A DNA stretch of 64,000 nt from Candidatus Eiseniibacteriota bacterium (GTDB lineage Bacteria > Eisenbacteria > RBG-16-71-46), in assembly GCA_963725865.1 (NCBI GenBank), contig CAVSAC010000010.1, forward strand, positions 960,001-1,024,000, read 5' to 3'. Positions 47,666-60,369 of this stretch are shown here, piece after piece (positions within the stretch are counted from its first letter, which is position 1; the number at the start of each line of letters is the position of its first letter). The notes below the pieces were generated by a model. The model searched no databases. It was given only the letters and a program-made list of their open reading frames with translations, and was not told the DNA's origin. A program made the position numbers and the translations under genes.

Positions 47666-48150
47666 CGAGACCCTCCCCGCGACCGCTTGCCGGCCCACGG
47701 ATCCACCACCAGCCGGACCGACTTCAGCTCCATCCAGTCGAACCAGTGCTCGTCCCCTTCGTCGATTCGCACGCCGATCCGCTCGCCCGTGGGCTCCAGC
47801 AACACGCCGTCGAACCGCCGGCGACCCGCGCGCGGTTCGTGCGCCAGCACCGACACGCGCTGGCCGGCGAACCGCTCGGCCGACTCGCGTGTGCGGATCG
47901 GGCGTTCCAGCCCGGGGGAGCTCACCTCGAGGTGAAAGCTTCCCGCGAGCAATTGATTCATGTCGAGGCAATCGGCCAGTCGGCGGCTGAACGACGCGCA
48001 GTCTCCGACCGTGACCCCCCCGGGCTTGTCGAGGAAGACCCGGACGATACGGTGCCGGCCCTGGACCGCGAACTCGACGTCGACCAGCTCGAGCCCTGCC
48101 TCCTCGGCAAGGGGCTGGGCCAGATGCCGAACCTCTTCTCGGACTTCCAT
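47662..48150 (-). CDS. rimP: Ribosome maturation factor RimP
   Basis: FLDKPGGVTVGDC, LEVSSPGLERP. Confidence 0.96.
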   Translation of the reverse strand: MEVREEVRHLAQPLAEEAGLELVDVEFAVQGRHRIVRVFLDKPGGVTVGDCASFSRRLADCLDMNQLLAGSFHLEVSSPGLERPIRTRESAERFAGQRVSVLAHEPRAGRRRFDGVLLEPTGERIGVRIDEGDEHWFDWMELKSVRLVVDPWAGKRSRGGSR

Positions 48151-48164
48151 TTCGCTCCGATGGG

Positions 48165-48236
48165 GACAAGAAAAGGAGTGGTCGCGCCTCCCCCACTCCG
48201 ACCGCGCAATCTACCGAACGAGGACGGAATAGGCAA
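48165..48236 (-). promoter_or_regulatory. rimP promoter (TTGCCT-N17-TAGATT) and rimP-leader terminator-like hairpin
   Basis: GGAGTGG-N11-CCACTCC followed by TTTTCTT just upstream of rimP. This resembles the GAGTGG/CCACTC stem reported for rimP leaders. Confidence 0.7.
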
Positions 48237-48282
48237 GTACCGGCTCGGCGCGACGCCGGGCCGGCGGGGAGCGGCGGGAGGG

Positions 48283-49206
48283 TCAGCGTCCGCGGGCGAG
48301 CGGGCTGTCGTAGACCAGCCAGGCGGCCACGCGGGCGACTTCGGCCAGGCTGGCGGGCGAGACCTGATCAGGGCCGTCGGCGGCGGTGTGCCACGCCGGG
48401 AAGTCGAAGTCGATGATGTCGACGGTCGGTAACCCCGCCTCGATCAGCGGGATGTGGTCATCGGTCAGCGCGTAGAGCGGATCCGGATGGAAGCTCTTCG
48501 CGCCGGTCGAGCGGGCACCCTGGAGCACCAGGGCGACCAGGCTCGCGGCGCGCTGGGCGGAGACCACCTCGGGATGGATGGCGAGGTCGCGGTCTCCCAC
48601 CATGTCGAACAGGAAGCCGGCCCGCGGCCAATCGGCGCGCGGCCGATCGCCGAGGCGCCGGGCGTACCAGCTGGCGCCGCGCGAGAACTCCTCGGGGTGC
48701 GTGCTGCGTCCCATGTCCTCGCCATCGAAGAACACCAGCTCGACTGCGACCGGCGCCGGACGCTCGTGCAGCAGCTCGGCGATCTCCAGCAGCACCGCCA
48801 CGCCGGAGCCGCCGTCGTTCGCTCCCGGGATCGGCTCGCCGCGCCGTGTCGTGTCGGGATCCTGGTCCGCCCAAGGCCGGGTGTCCCAGTGCGCGCACAG
48901 CAGGATCCGACGGCCCGCCGGCGGACCGAAGCGCGCGATCAGGTTGGTGAGCACGAGCGGCCGCCCGAGCGTGGAATCGGGGAAGCGCTGCTCCTCGACC
49001 CGGGCACCCAGCCGCGTGAGCTCCGCGCTCAGCCACGCCCGGGTCGCCTCGTGCGCGGGCGTGCCCGGGACCCGGGGGCCCTGCTCCACCTGGTGCACCA
49101 CGCGGGCGTACATGCGGGCGCCGTCCACGGGCGGCGTGTGTGGCGCGCACGCGGCGGGCGCGGCGGCGAAGCAGGCCACGGCGAGGATGCGGAGCGCCGG
49201 TCTCAT
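48283..49206 (-). CDS. M28 family lipoprotein, glutaminyl-peptide cyclotransferase-like
   Basis: Lipobox-like AAC at Cys20; AHWDTRPWAD, GANDGGSG, FFDGED, DMVGD, TDDH, WHT. Confidence 0.88.
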   Translation of the reverse strand: MRPALRILAVACFAAAPAACAPHTPPVDGARMYARVVHQVEQGPRVPGTPAHEATRAWLSAELTRLGARVEEQRFPDSTLGRPLVLTNLIARFGPPAGRRILLCAHWDTRPWADQDPDTTRRGEPIPGANDGGSGVAVLLEIAELLHERPAPVAVELVFFDGEDMGRSTHPEEFSRGASWYARRLGDRPRADWPRAGFLFDMVGDRDLAIHPEVVSAQRAASLVALVLQGARSTGAKSFHPDPLYALTDDHIPLIEAGLPTVDIIDFDFPAWHTAADGPDQVSPASLAEVARVAAWLVYDSPLARGR

Positions 49207-52200
49207 CAGAACGTGAACTGCGCGCGCAACTCGACGGTGATCCCGCGGCGCATGATGTCCTGCGTGACGTTGTGGGTCTGCAGGTAGCCGAGCGCGGCGT
49301 TGCCGGTGACGTTGCTGCTGAACCCATACGAGCCGGTGCCGCGGACCGAGATGCGGCTCTCGTCGCGCGGGAACTGCGCGCGCTGGATCCGGCCGTTGAG
49401 CACGCGCCGCGTCGCCGACGTGGTCTTCTCATACGCGCTCGAGAGGCCGAGCGAGATGCTGGTGCGCACGAGGGTCTCGCGTCCGAGCACGTTCACCTTC
49501 TGGCCCTGCGTGTACGAGCGATTGAGGTTGAGATTGACGCTCGTGTTGCGGTCCTGCTGGCGCGTCTCGCCCAGCTGGTAGTTCCGGCGCTCGGTGTTGC
49601 GCGTGTCGACCTTGAGCTCGGCGCGCGTGCCGTTCTTGAGATCACCGTTGATGCCGATCAGCGGCTGCATCTGCCAGCCATCGGACGCCGTGATGATGTC
49701 GCCCGCCTGACGCTCCCAGGTCTGGGAGCGGTTGAGCGCGGTGCGCAGTCGCACGTTGTTGAGCAGGCGCGTGATGCGCAGGACAGTGGGGATGTTGCCA
49801 TATTCCACCTCGAAATCCGGGAAGCGCAGCGACGCCGAACTGGCGCGCACCGCGTTCGCCTCGCGCTGCTGGTCCGAGACTTCGGCGCGGGTCGATAGCG
49901 CCGCCCCGAAGCCGATGTCGATGCGATTGCGCATCTGCACGTTCCGCGTCAGCGTCTTCATGACCTGGTTGCCGAACTGCGGGAACACCCGATCGCCACC
50001 ATCGACGCCGAGGCCGGGATCCTCGGCGACGCCCAGCAGGTAGAACAAGCTGGGGGTGCCCGACAGCCGCGAGTAGCTGCTCGTGCGACTGACGGAGCCG
50101 TCGATCGAGACCTGGCCCAGCCGCGCGAACAGCCCGGTGACGCGGAACGGCGGCCGCGCGGGCGCGGGCGGCTTGTCGGGGGTCACCGTCGCGCCGGTGT
50201 CGCGCCGCGCCGGGACGACGGGCGGCGGCGGCGGCACGCGGGGGCCGCCGAGCTTGTCGAACGGCAGGTCCCACGACAGGCGCGCGCCCTGCCCGTTGCT
50301 GATCGCCCGGATCCCGAGGTCGCGCGACAACTCGGGTCCGTTGTTCTGGCTGTAGCTGGAGTTCCAGGACACGCGCGGCCGCAGCCAGTTGCCGCGCTGC
50401 ATCGTGTAACTGGCGTCCAGCCCCTGGGCCCACGACACCACGCGTCCGAAGTTGATGGAGCCGAGCATCCCGCCGTTCTCGAGCACGTCGCGGTCCAGCG
50501 AGAGGTTGCGGACCCCTTCGAAATGGTGGTGGAGCATGTCGAGCGGCCGCGTGTCCCCGCCGAACGCGACCATGGCCGAGCGCCCGTGCGTCGCGCTGCG
50601 CAGCAGCAGCGAATCGGACACGCCGCGCACCCGGTCCCACGTGCTGTCCACGCTCGACTGCATCGCGTAGTGCCAGTAGAGGCGTTCCGGCAACGGGTAG
50701 AGCTTCAGCTTCGTGCGCGGCAGCCCGAAATTGAACAGGTTGCGGGGTGCGATGTCCCAGTTGACGTTCTGGGTCTGGTTGGTGTGCTTGTTCAGCGAGG
50801 TCGGATTGCGCGCGTCCGCCCAGACCTGCGACATGTTCGCGCTGATGCCGCCCAGCGTGAGACGCAGGAGGGGATTGCTGCGCTCGCTCCAGGTCCGCGC
50901 GTACGACGCGCTCAGCGTGCGCGTGCTCGAGAAGCTCTCGCTGGCGTCCGCGAGGGCGCCGGTGCGCACCACGTCGTCGCCGGCGGTGAAGCGCGGCTTC
51001 ATCGAGGATCGCGAGTAGCCGAACGAGATCGGGAGCGAGATGCCGGTCCCTTCGAAGAACCGGTGCAGCTGCAGGGTGCTCCCGAGGTTGAGCTGGTTCT
51101 GGCTGCTGCCGCTGCCGCGGGTCTGCCCGACCGAGAGGAAGTCGGCGTCCTGGGTGTTGAGCGCGCCGTTGTACTGGATCAGGTTCGCGACGTTGCCGGT
51201 CACCGACATGCGGCCCGCCTTGCCGACGTCCTTCGCCACGTCGGTGGCGCGGAATTCGTCGATCCAGAGCTGCCCGCGGGGCCAGCGCTGGGCCGCGACC
51301 CCGTTGCCGTTGATGAGTCCCACCGAGATGCGTCGCAATCGGGTGAACGACGGCCGGCCCTTGATGACGTACCGCACCGTCCCGCTGCTGTCGTGGTAGA
51401 GGATCGGGTCGAACGCGGGGAAGCCCGTCTTGAGCTTCAGGTTCGACAGGTCGGTGAGCGGCAGCGAGACGCGGGCCCAGTTGACGCTGCCGAGCCTCGA
51501 GGAGGTCGGCACCGGGGCGCGGTACTCGTAGTAGTTGCGGCCCGTCTCGTCCGAGGCGAAGCGCACGAAGTACCACAGCGTGTCGCGCGCGGGATCGTAG
51601 TTCGGGATGTCGAAGCCGGTCACGTACCAGTCGAGCTTGCCGTAGCGGCTGTAGTTCTCGTCGACCGAGAAGTTCTTGTACGCCTCGAGCGTGTCGCCGA
51701 CGTCGAACTGGGTGAACTCGAGCGCCAGCGACTGCTCGCGCTCCTTCACGCCCTGGCTGCCGTTGCGTCGCTCCTTGGGATCGAACGGGGGCACGTACAC
51801 GTCGGCATTGTCGACCGAGTTCACAGTGTTGAGCGTCAGCGTGGTGCCCTTGCTGCTCACGTAGGCGGGCACCGCGCTGGCCTGCCAGCGGCTCCCCACG
51901 ATGTCGAGCCCGCCGAGCACCAGGAACGGGCGCACGACGTCGCGCTGCTTGTCGTCGACCCACAGCGGATCGGTGTTGGGATCGGGGTCGGGATCGATGA
52001 TGCCCTCGAGCCAGAGCCGCACGTGCCGCGTCAGCGCGAGGTTCGGGACGCCGAACGCCACACGCAGGTCGTCGTCGAGCGGGATGCGATAGCGCCGCCA
52101 GCCGTTGTCGGCGCCGACGTTCGGATTGCCGGCGAACGCCGAGTCCACGTCGGTGACGAGGTAGCGCGACGGGCTCTCCCCGAGATCGATCGTGTACTCG

Positions 52201-55200
52201 TAGTAGTTCTCCTGGGTGTCCAGGATGCCGTCGGGCGTCAGGTCCTCGGTGTCGGGCGTCGGATTGAGCTGCCGGTTGCCCTCGGTGCCGTTGGTGTTGC
52301 GCCAGCGTCGGGTGTCGAGGTCGTTGTAGTTGTCGTACGGCCGCGCGAAGTCGTCGCCCTGGGGATCGGCGTCGCTGGCGGTCGTGAGGTCGAGCTTCGG
52401 CGCGGTCTCGACCAGGTCCTCCCCGTGTGCGTCCTTCGAGTCGACCCGGCCGTCCACGCCGGTGTCCTCGTTGTTGCTCTCGGTCGCGCTCAGCTGGCCG
52501 TCGCGCTGGCCGTCGACCAGCTTGTCCTCGCTGTCGAGCGCTCCGTTCGGGAGCTCGCCCGGCGCCCGCATCTGATCCTCGCTCACCTTGCCGAGGTCGA
52601 GGTGGAGCTTCACGTGGTGCCCGCGCACGCGGTCGCGCAGCGCGATTCCGTGGCGGTCGTTCCAGTCGTTGACCCACAGCTCGATGAACTGCGCGCGCTG
52701 CAGGTCGAGCCCGGTGGGGTCGAGCAGGTAGGTCAGCGACACCCACAGCGAGTCGGTCGGATCGATCCGCGGATCGGCCGCTCCGGTGGGCCGCCGCGGC
52801 ACCGAGATCGCGAGCGCCTGGCGGTTGTTGTTGGCGCCCTGGGCGTCGGTGAGCGTGGGCTTGAGGTCCTTCTCCTTGATGCCGGTGGGCGGCAGGAACC
52901 AGTGCACCTCGGCGTTCAGCTGGTGCGTGATGTTCGTGAACTTCGTGATCGCGCCGTTGTCCAGGCGGCTCGGCACGCTGCCGATGTGCCAGCGCTCGGC
53001 GCCCATCGACAGCGAGACCGCGTCGCGCACGCCCTCCATGTCGTCGATGTACACCTCGTTGCGGGTGTTCGGGTTGGGGAACGACATGCCGCCCTCGGCC
53101 TGGATGCGCAGGTCGGAGGGCGCCGTGGTGCGCACGCCCGGCAGCCGGTCGGCGAGCCGCGTCACCCAGGTCGGATGGAAAGCCCAGTCGGTGTTGAGGT
53201 CGCCGATCAGGCTGCGCGAGGGCTCCTCGCCGAGGCGCGGCCTCAGGTCCTGCGCGCCGTGGCTCTCGTACAGGAACGCGCCGCCGAACGAACGGTCGCG
53301 CCCGTCGAGCCGGAACGCGCTGCCCAGCAGCGTGCGGCCCGCCTGCTGGAACAGCGGGGCGTACGAGTAGTCGATGTTCAGGTTGTCCGCCGCCCCCACC
53401 TGGCGCTTGAGGACGACGCGGCCGATGTCGTAGTCGATCGTGTAGTCGCGGTCGCGCACCAGCGGCTGGCCGTTGATGGTGACGACGTCGGAGCCCTCCA
53501 TGATGTTGCCGCGCCCGAGCTGGATCTCGCCGCCGGCCTTGGCCGCGGTGAAGTCGACGTCGATGTAGTAGAGGGCGTCTTCGTTGCGGTGCACGGTGTA
53601 CTTGTCGTAGATGAACGTGTTGGCGCCGTCGAGCGAGTCGCGATCGGCGACCAGCGAGTCGCGCCGTAGCAGAGAATGGCTGAGGAGTCGGTCGAAGATC
53701 TTGCCGTCCGCCTCCTTGAGCCGCGGCGCGAACGGGCGCAGGTCGGGCAGGAACAGCACGCCGTTCTCGTAGTCGACGAACACGTTGTAGGTGGCGCTCT
53801 GGTTGTCCTTCAGCGCGGTGCCGTCGATCGCCCCGTCGTGGCCGGCCACCGGGGTACCGCTCGTCTCGTTGAAGTTGTCGAGGCCCAGCAGCTCGACGTA
53901 CGGGATCGCCCCGCCCGGGCGGGGGACCGTGGTCTGGTATGGCTGGATCACGTCGCGGCGGATCGAGAGCTGGAAGGTCTTGGGATCGATCCGCGAGCCC
54001 GGCAGCTGGTAGAAGTTCTTCAGCTCCAGCTCGCGCACCGAGTCGAGCGGGCGGGTGGTGTCGTAGAACTCCGAGTTGGGGTCCTTGCCCAGCGCGAGGG
54101 CTGGGGGGCGCAGCAGCTTCAGCACCAGCGCGGAATCGGCCTCGTACAGCCCACCCACCTGGATGTCGTACGCGCCGACCGAGCCCGCCGGCCGCGCCGA
54201 ATAGCTGACCGCCAGTCGTTGCTCGTCGGTCAGCGGCTGCCGCATGCGCAGCACCTTGTAGTACGGCCCGTACACCTGGAGGATCTCGTAGTCGTCGGTC
54301 GGGTTCTTGAGCACGAACGAACCGTCGACCTTTGCGGTGTCGCCCGGGTAGGTGGCTCCGGAACCGCGGGTCGACGTAAGCCCGGCCCTTCACCGTGAAC
54401 GTGGCGTCGTTGTACGGGTTGGCGTCGTCGACGTAGACGCGGATGCTGGAGTCCGGGATGTCGAGCGAGCTTTCCTGGTTCGGGTCGTAGAGGAAGAAGT
54501 ACACGCCGCGAACGAAGTCGGCGTCGAGCAGCGTCTGCTGCTGTCGCGACGCGCCGCCGCCGTACGAGGCGCGCTCGCTGCGCCCTTCCTGCTTGCTCGC
54601 CAGCACCGTGAGATCGAGCGGCCCCACCCGGGTCGCCAGCTTGGCGCCGAACAGGCCCTCGTTCTTGCCCGAGTACGACACGTACTGGGTGCCGGGCAGC
54701 GTGAGGTTGGTGTTGCCGAGGTCGAGCGCCTGCACGACGTCGTCCTCGTCGCCCTTGTAGTTGATCGCGATGCGGTTGGCGAGCGGGATCTGGTTGGCGG
54801 AGTTCTGCAGCAGGTTGACCTTGATGCGATCGGAGAGCTGGCCCTCGAGGCGGATGTCGAGATCCTGCTGCATGTCGAGCGAGGGGAACAGCGAGCGCTT
54901 CTGGCCGAGCAGCCCGATCTGCTCGTTGGTCCAGTTGCTGGTGCCCGAGAGTCGGATGTTCTCGGAGCCCGACACGTTGATCGCCGGTCCGCCGGGTCCG
55001 AGCCACGACTGCATGCGCCGCGGCAGCGGCGACGGCAGCGCGAACGAGAGGCCTTGCGTGCGCTGCGCGGTGGTCCCTCCGCCGGCGACGTTGTTGATCA
55101 TGGTGCGCGAGCGCTCGCGCCAGGACTGGCGGAAGCCGCGGCGGTTCATCTCGCGCGCGAATTCGTTCACCGGCATGCGGGTGCCGGCTCCGAGCGACAC

Positions 55201-55479
55201 GTCTCCGAACTCGGTGGCCGCGGCGACCTCGCCGGAATCCGGGTCGAACGTCACCGCGAACTTCCGGGGATCGAACGTCAGCTTCAGGCTCGGGCCCCAG
55301 CCCGGGTGCAGCGGCAGCAGCTGGCCGGTGACGAGATCGGATTCGAGCGCGAGCCGGGACGCACTCTTCCAGGGCGGGGGCAGGGTGTCGACCGGCGCCT
55401 GGTTAACCGGCTTCTTAAGGCCAAAGCCCGGGAAGGCCAGCAGCAGGCCAAGGGCTGGCAGAGTCAGGGCGAGTAGCAT
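49206..55479 (-). CDS. sprA: SprA/Sov-like large outer-membrane beta-barrel (T9SS translocon homolog), ~2090 aa, frameshift near 54360
   Basis: YKGDEDDVVQALDLGNTNLTLP..EGLFGAK, GSDVVTING.LVRDRDYTIDYDIGRV, YIDDMEG, LDLGKVSED, WRRYRIPL, LWIDEFR; C-terminal beta-signal AQFTF. Confidence 0.88.
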
Positions 55480-55520
55480 CGTTTCGGCAGGAGGACCCTC
55501 AGGGAGCGAAAGGAGGCGCG

Positions 55521-55549
55521 ACCCTAGCAGCCCGCCTTCGGACGGTCAA
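55521..55549 (-). promoter_or_regulatory. Candidate sprA promoter TTGACC-N17-TAGGGT (TG-extended)
   Basis: Located about 40 nt upstream of ATG 55479. Confidence 0.5.
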
Positions 55550-55593
55550 AGCCTTGGGCGGCTTCCTGTTCGCTCCTTCCCCGGCGCCTGGGG

Positions 55594-55795
55594 TAGGCTG
55601 CGGGCCATGCCCATCCCTCGTACCTACCTCCTTCGCCTGCATCTGGTTCCTTTCCTGATCGGCCGCGGGACGGTGGGCTTGAGAGGCTTCCGGGCGGGCG
55701 GCTCGCTTCCCAGCCTCGCACCGCTGGCGGCCGCGACCCCTGCGCGGGCTCCGGGTGCTGCGTCGCCATGGCCCGCGCGTCGGGCCATGCGTTAG
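55594..55795 (+). pseudogene. Diverged duplicate of the lptF 5' end with its -10 box (62-aa ORF, 55607-55795)
   Basis: TAGGCT-N7-ATG MPIPRTYLLRLHLVPFLIGRGTV versus TAGGCT-N7-GTG MSILRAYVLRLHVVPFLLGFGVV; 15 of 23 residues identical. Confidence 0.7.
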
Positions 55796-55805
55796 GCTGC
55801 CGCGC

Positions 55806-57176
55806 GTGTCCATCCTGCGTGCCTACGTGCTCCGGCTCCACGTGGTCCCGTTCCTGCTGGGATTCGGCGTGGTGACCTTCATCCTCGAGATGGACGTGAT
55901 GTTCGACTATCTCGACCTGCTGGTGAACCGCGGGGTGGCCCCGCTGATCGTGGGCCAGTTGTTCCTGCTCTCGCTGGGCTACATCGTGGCGCTGAGCGTG
56001 CCGTGCGCGGTGCTGGTGGCGGCCCTGATGACGTTCGGCCGACTGTCGCAGGACAACGAGATCACCGCGCTGCGCGCGAGCGGTGTGAACCTGCTGCGGA
56101 TCCTGGCCGGACCGCTGGTCGCCGCAGGGTTGCTCGCGGTCGGACTCACGCTGTTCAACAACCACGTGCTGCCCGAGTCCAACCACTCGCTCGCGAATCT
56201 GCTCATCGACATCGGGCGCATGCGGCCGACCGCGAAGCTCCAGGAGGGGGTGTTCATCACCGACTTCCCCGGGTACAACCTGCTGGTGCAGTCGGTGAAC
56301 GGACGCACCAACGAACTGCGCGGCGTGACCATCTACCAGTCCACGCCCGGCGGCCCGCCGCGCACCATCCTGGCCAAGCGCGGGCGCCTGTCGTACACGC
56401 CGGATGGGCGCGACGCCTCGCTCGAGCTGAAGGACGGCGAGATCCACGAGGTGGTGGCCGACGAGCAGGGGTCGCGGCGCTACCACCGGATGGTGTTCAA
56501 GACCCAGGTCATCCACATCCTCGGCGCCGGCGGCATGCTCGAGCGCACCGTGCGCGACCAGCGCAGCGACCGCGAGATGAGCGCGCGCGACCTGCTGCTC
56601 GAGCGCCAGCGCGTCATGGAGCAGTACCGGGGCGCGTTCGAGTCGCGCGCGCAGCACCTGCGCGAGGCGGGCTTGCCGGAGCGGGCCCTCGCGGTGCTGT
56701 CGCCCGACCTGCTGCCGCTGGGGCAGCGGATCGCGCTGGCGTTCGGCGGGCGGCTGGGGCGCCGCGACTCCACGCTCCAGCGGGCGATGGGCACCCCGCT
56801 GATGAAGACCGAGGTGGAGCTGTGGAGCCTCGAGAGTCACGCGCTCAGCCGCCGGCTGGCCGGACTTTCGGTCGAGATCCACAAGAAGTTCTCGCTGCCC
56901 GCCGCGTGCGTGGTGTTCATGCTCATCGGCGCGCCGCTCGGGATGCGGGTGCGCCGCGCGGGCCCGGCGGTCGCGTTCGTCTCGGTGCTGTTCTTCCTCT
57001 TCTACTACCTGTGCCTGATCGGCGGCGAGGAGCTCGCCAACCGGCTGCTGCTGGCGCCGTGGCTCGCGATGTGGCTGCCGAACCTGGTGCTCGGGCTGTG
57101 GGGCGTCCACGCGACGCTGCGCGCCTGCGACCTGGGTGGGCTGCTGCCGCGCCGGATGCCGAGAGCGGCCGCGTGA
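55806..57176 (+). CDS. lptF: LPS export permease, LptF/LptG family (LptF-like)
   Basis: FGRLSQDNEITALRASG, LKDGEIHE, VEIHKKFSLP, LIGAPLG, AMWLPN. Confidence 0.9.
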   Translation: MSILRAYVLRLHVVPFLLGFGVVTFILEMDVMFDYLDLLVNRGVAPLIVGQLFLLSLGYIVALSVPCAVLVAALMTFGRLSQDNEITALRASGVNLLRILAGPLVAAGLLAVGLTLFNNHVLPESNHSLANLLIDIGRMRPTAKLQEGVFITDFPGYNLLVQSVNGRTNELRGVTIYQSTPGGPPRTILAKRGRLSYTPDGRDASLELKDGEIHEVVADEQGSRRYHRMVFKTQVIHILGAGGMLERTVRDQRSDREMSARDLLLERQRVMEQYRGAFESRAQHLREAGLPERALAVLSPDLLPLGQRIALAFGGRLGRRDSTLQRAMGTPLMKTEVELWSLESHALSRRLAGLSVEIHKKFSLPAACVVFMLIGAPLGMRVRRAGPAVAFVSVLFFLFYYLCLIGGEELANRLLLAPWLAMWLPNLVLGLWGVHATLRACDLGGLLPRRMPRAAA

Positions 57177-58252
57177 GGATCCTCGACCGCTACGTGCTCC
57201 GCGAGTTCGCCGGCTATCTGATGCTGGGCCTCGCGGGGTTCATCACGATCTTCGTGGTGGTGGACATCTTCGAGAAGATCGACGTGTTCCTCGACCACCG
57301 CGCGCCGGCGCTGCTGATCGCGCGCTTCTACCTCTACCGCGCTCCCGAGGTGGTGGTGCAGGTGCTGCCGGTCGCGCTGCTGCTCGCCACGTTCCTCGCG
57401 CTGGGGCAGCTCAACAAGTTCGGCGAGCTGACCGCGATGCGCGCCACCGGACTGTCGCTGCTGCGGCTGCTGCGCCCGGTGTTCGGAGTCGCACTGCTGG
57501 CGGTCGCGGTCGCGTTCCTGCTGAGCGAGCGCGTGGTGCCCAGTGCCAACCGCGAGCGCGACGCGATCTACGAGCGTCAGATCCAGGGCGTACGGCGCGA
57601 AAACGTCAGCGAGCGCGCGGACGTGACCTACCTGGGTGAGGGCGGACGCATCTTCTACATGCGGCTGTACCTCGTGAAGGAGCAGCGCATGCACGAGGTG
57701 TCGGTGCAGGAATTCCGCGCCGGCACCCTGACGCGCCGCATCGACGCCGCCGAGGCCACGTGGGTCGGGGGGCGCTGGGTGTTCGCCTCGGGGGTGACGC
57801 GCACGTTCGAAGGCAGCCGCGAGGAGGCGAAGCCGTTCGAGCGGCTCGCGGTGACCGGGCTCGCCGAACGCCCCGAGGACTTCGCCAAGGAGTCGCGCAA
57901 CCCGGCCGAGATGGACTTCGGCGAGCTGCAGGCCTACGTCGCGAAGCTGCGCGCGAGCGGCGCGCGGGTGACGAACTACCTCGTCGACCTCCACCTCAAG
58001 CTCGCGTTCCCGCTCGTGAACCTGATCGTGGTGCTGATCGGCGCGTCGCTCGCGACCCGCCTGCGAATGCAGGGCGCGGCCCTCGGCTTCGGGCTGTCGG
58101 TGGCGATCGCGTTCCTGTACTACGCCATCCTGCGTGCCGGGCAGGCGCTCGGCCACAATGGCGCGGTCCCGCCGTATCTCGCGGCGTGGGCCGCCGACCT
58201 GTTGTTCGGGAGCGTGGGCCTCGTGATGCTCGGGTCGGCGCAGCGGCGCTGA
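57173..58252 (+). CDS. lptG: LPS export permease, LptF/LptG family (LptG-like)
   Basis: RILDRYVLREF, GELTAMRATGLS, RIDAAEATW, PAEMDFGEL, HLKLAFP. Confidence 0.9.
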   Translation: MRILDRYVLREFAGYLMLGLAGFITIFVVVDIFEKIDVFLDHRAPALLIARFYLYRAPEVVVQVLPVALLLATFLALGQLNKFGELTAMRATGLSLLRLLRPVFGVALLAVAVAFLLSERVVPSANRERDAIYERQIQGVRRENVSERADVTYLGEGGRIFYMRLYLVKEQRMHEVSVQEFRAGTLTRRIDAAEATWVGGRWVFASGVTRTFEGSREEAKPFERLAVTGLAERPEDFAKESRNPAEMDFGELQAYVAKLRASGARVTNYLVDLHLKLAFPLVNLIVVLIGASLATRLRMQGAALGFGLSVAIAFLYYAILRAGQALGHNGAVPPYLAAWAADLLFGSVGLVMLGSAQRR

Positions 58253-58256
58253 CCGC

Positions 58257-58940
58257 TCACACGTCGAACGCGCGCGGCAGGGAGTCGAGCGCGCCGCAGC
58301 GTTCCACGTCGGCGGCGAACGTCGCGCCGAGCGAACGCAGGTAGCGCCCGTGCTCGCAGCCCCGCACCAGCGCGCGGGCGGCCGCCGCATCGGCGGGCGC
58401 CAGTCGCCGGGCGAGTCGGGCCGCGGGCCCCACCAGCGTGGCGCCGCCGTCCGCCAGGCGCGTGCACAGCGCGCCGGCGCAGGCGGCGTCCTCGAGCGCG
58501 AAGCGACCCTCCTTGCCGGCGCACACCACCACCACCTCGGCCTCGCCCGCCAGCGCGGCCGCCGCGGCGCTCACGTTGATCAGCGCCACCAGCACCCGGC
58601 GACGCGCCGCGCGCGCGCGCAGCAGCGCCTGCGAGCCGTTGGTGGAGGCGAACACGAGCGTCCGCCCGCGCACCGCATCGTCGCGGTACTCGTCGGGCGA
58701 GTTCCCGCGGTCGAAGCCGGCCACGATGCGCCCGTCGCGCTCCCCGCACGCCCACGCCGCGGGCAGCGTGGCGCGCCGCGCGAGCGCCTCGGCCGGGGTG
58801 GCGACGGCGATCACGCGCGCCGCGCCGGCGTCGAGCGCGACGGTGAGCGTGGTGGTGGCTCGCAGCACGTCGACGATCGCGGCGGCGGCACCGGCGGGGA
58901 CGTCCGGCGGACCGGGCGTGAAGCACACCGAGACGCGCAT
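58257..58940 (-). CDS. comB: 2-phosphosulfolactate phosphatase family protein
   Basis: IVDVLRATTT, GERDG..GFDRGNSP, STNGS, VCAGKEGRFALED. Confidence 0.9.
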   Translation of the reverse strand: MRVSVCFTPGPPDVPAGAAAAIVDVLRATTTLTVALDAGAARVIAVATPAEALARRATLPAAWACGERDGRIVAGFDRGNSPDEYRDDAVRGRTLVFASTNGSQALLRARAARRRVLVALINVSAAAAALAGEAEVVVVCAGKEGRFALEDAACAGALCTRLADGGATLVGPAARLARRLAPADAAAARALVRGCEHGRYLRSLGATFAADVERCGALDSLPRAFDV

Positions 58941-58944
58941 GGCG

Positions 58945-60312
<1,368 letters not shown>

Positions 60313-60369
60313 GCTCCCCGCGAGGCGTGCGACGGGGCGCGCGGCGGCTCCGCGCACCCCGCGCCGCGT

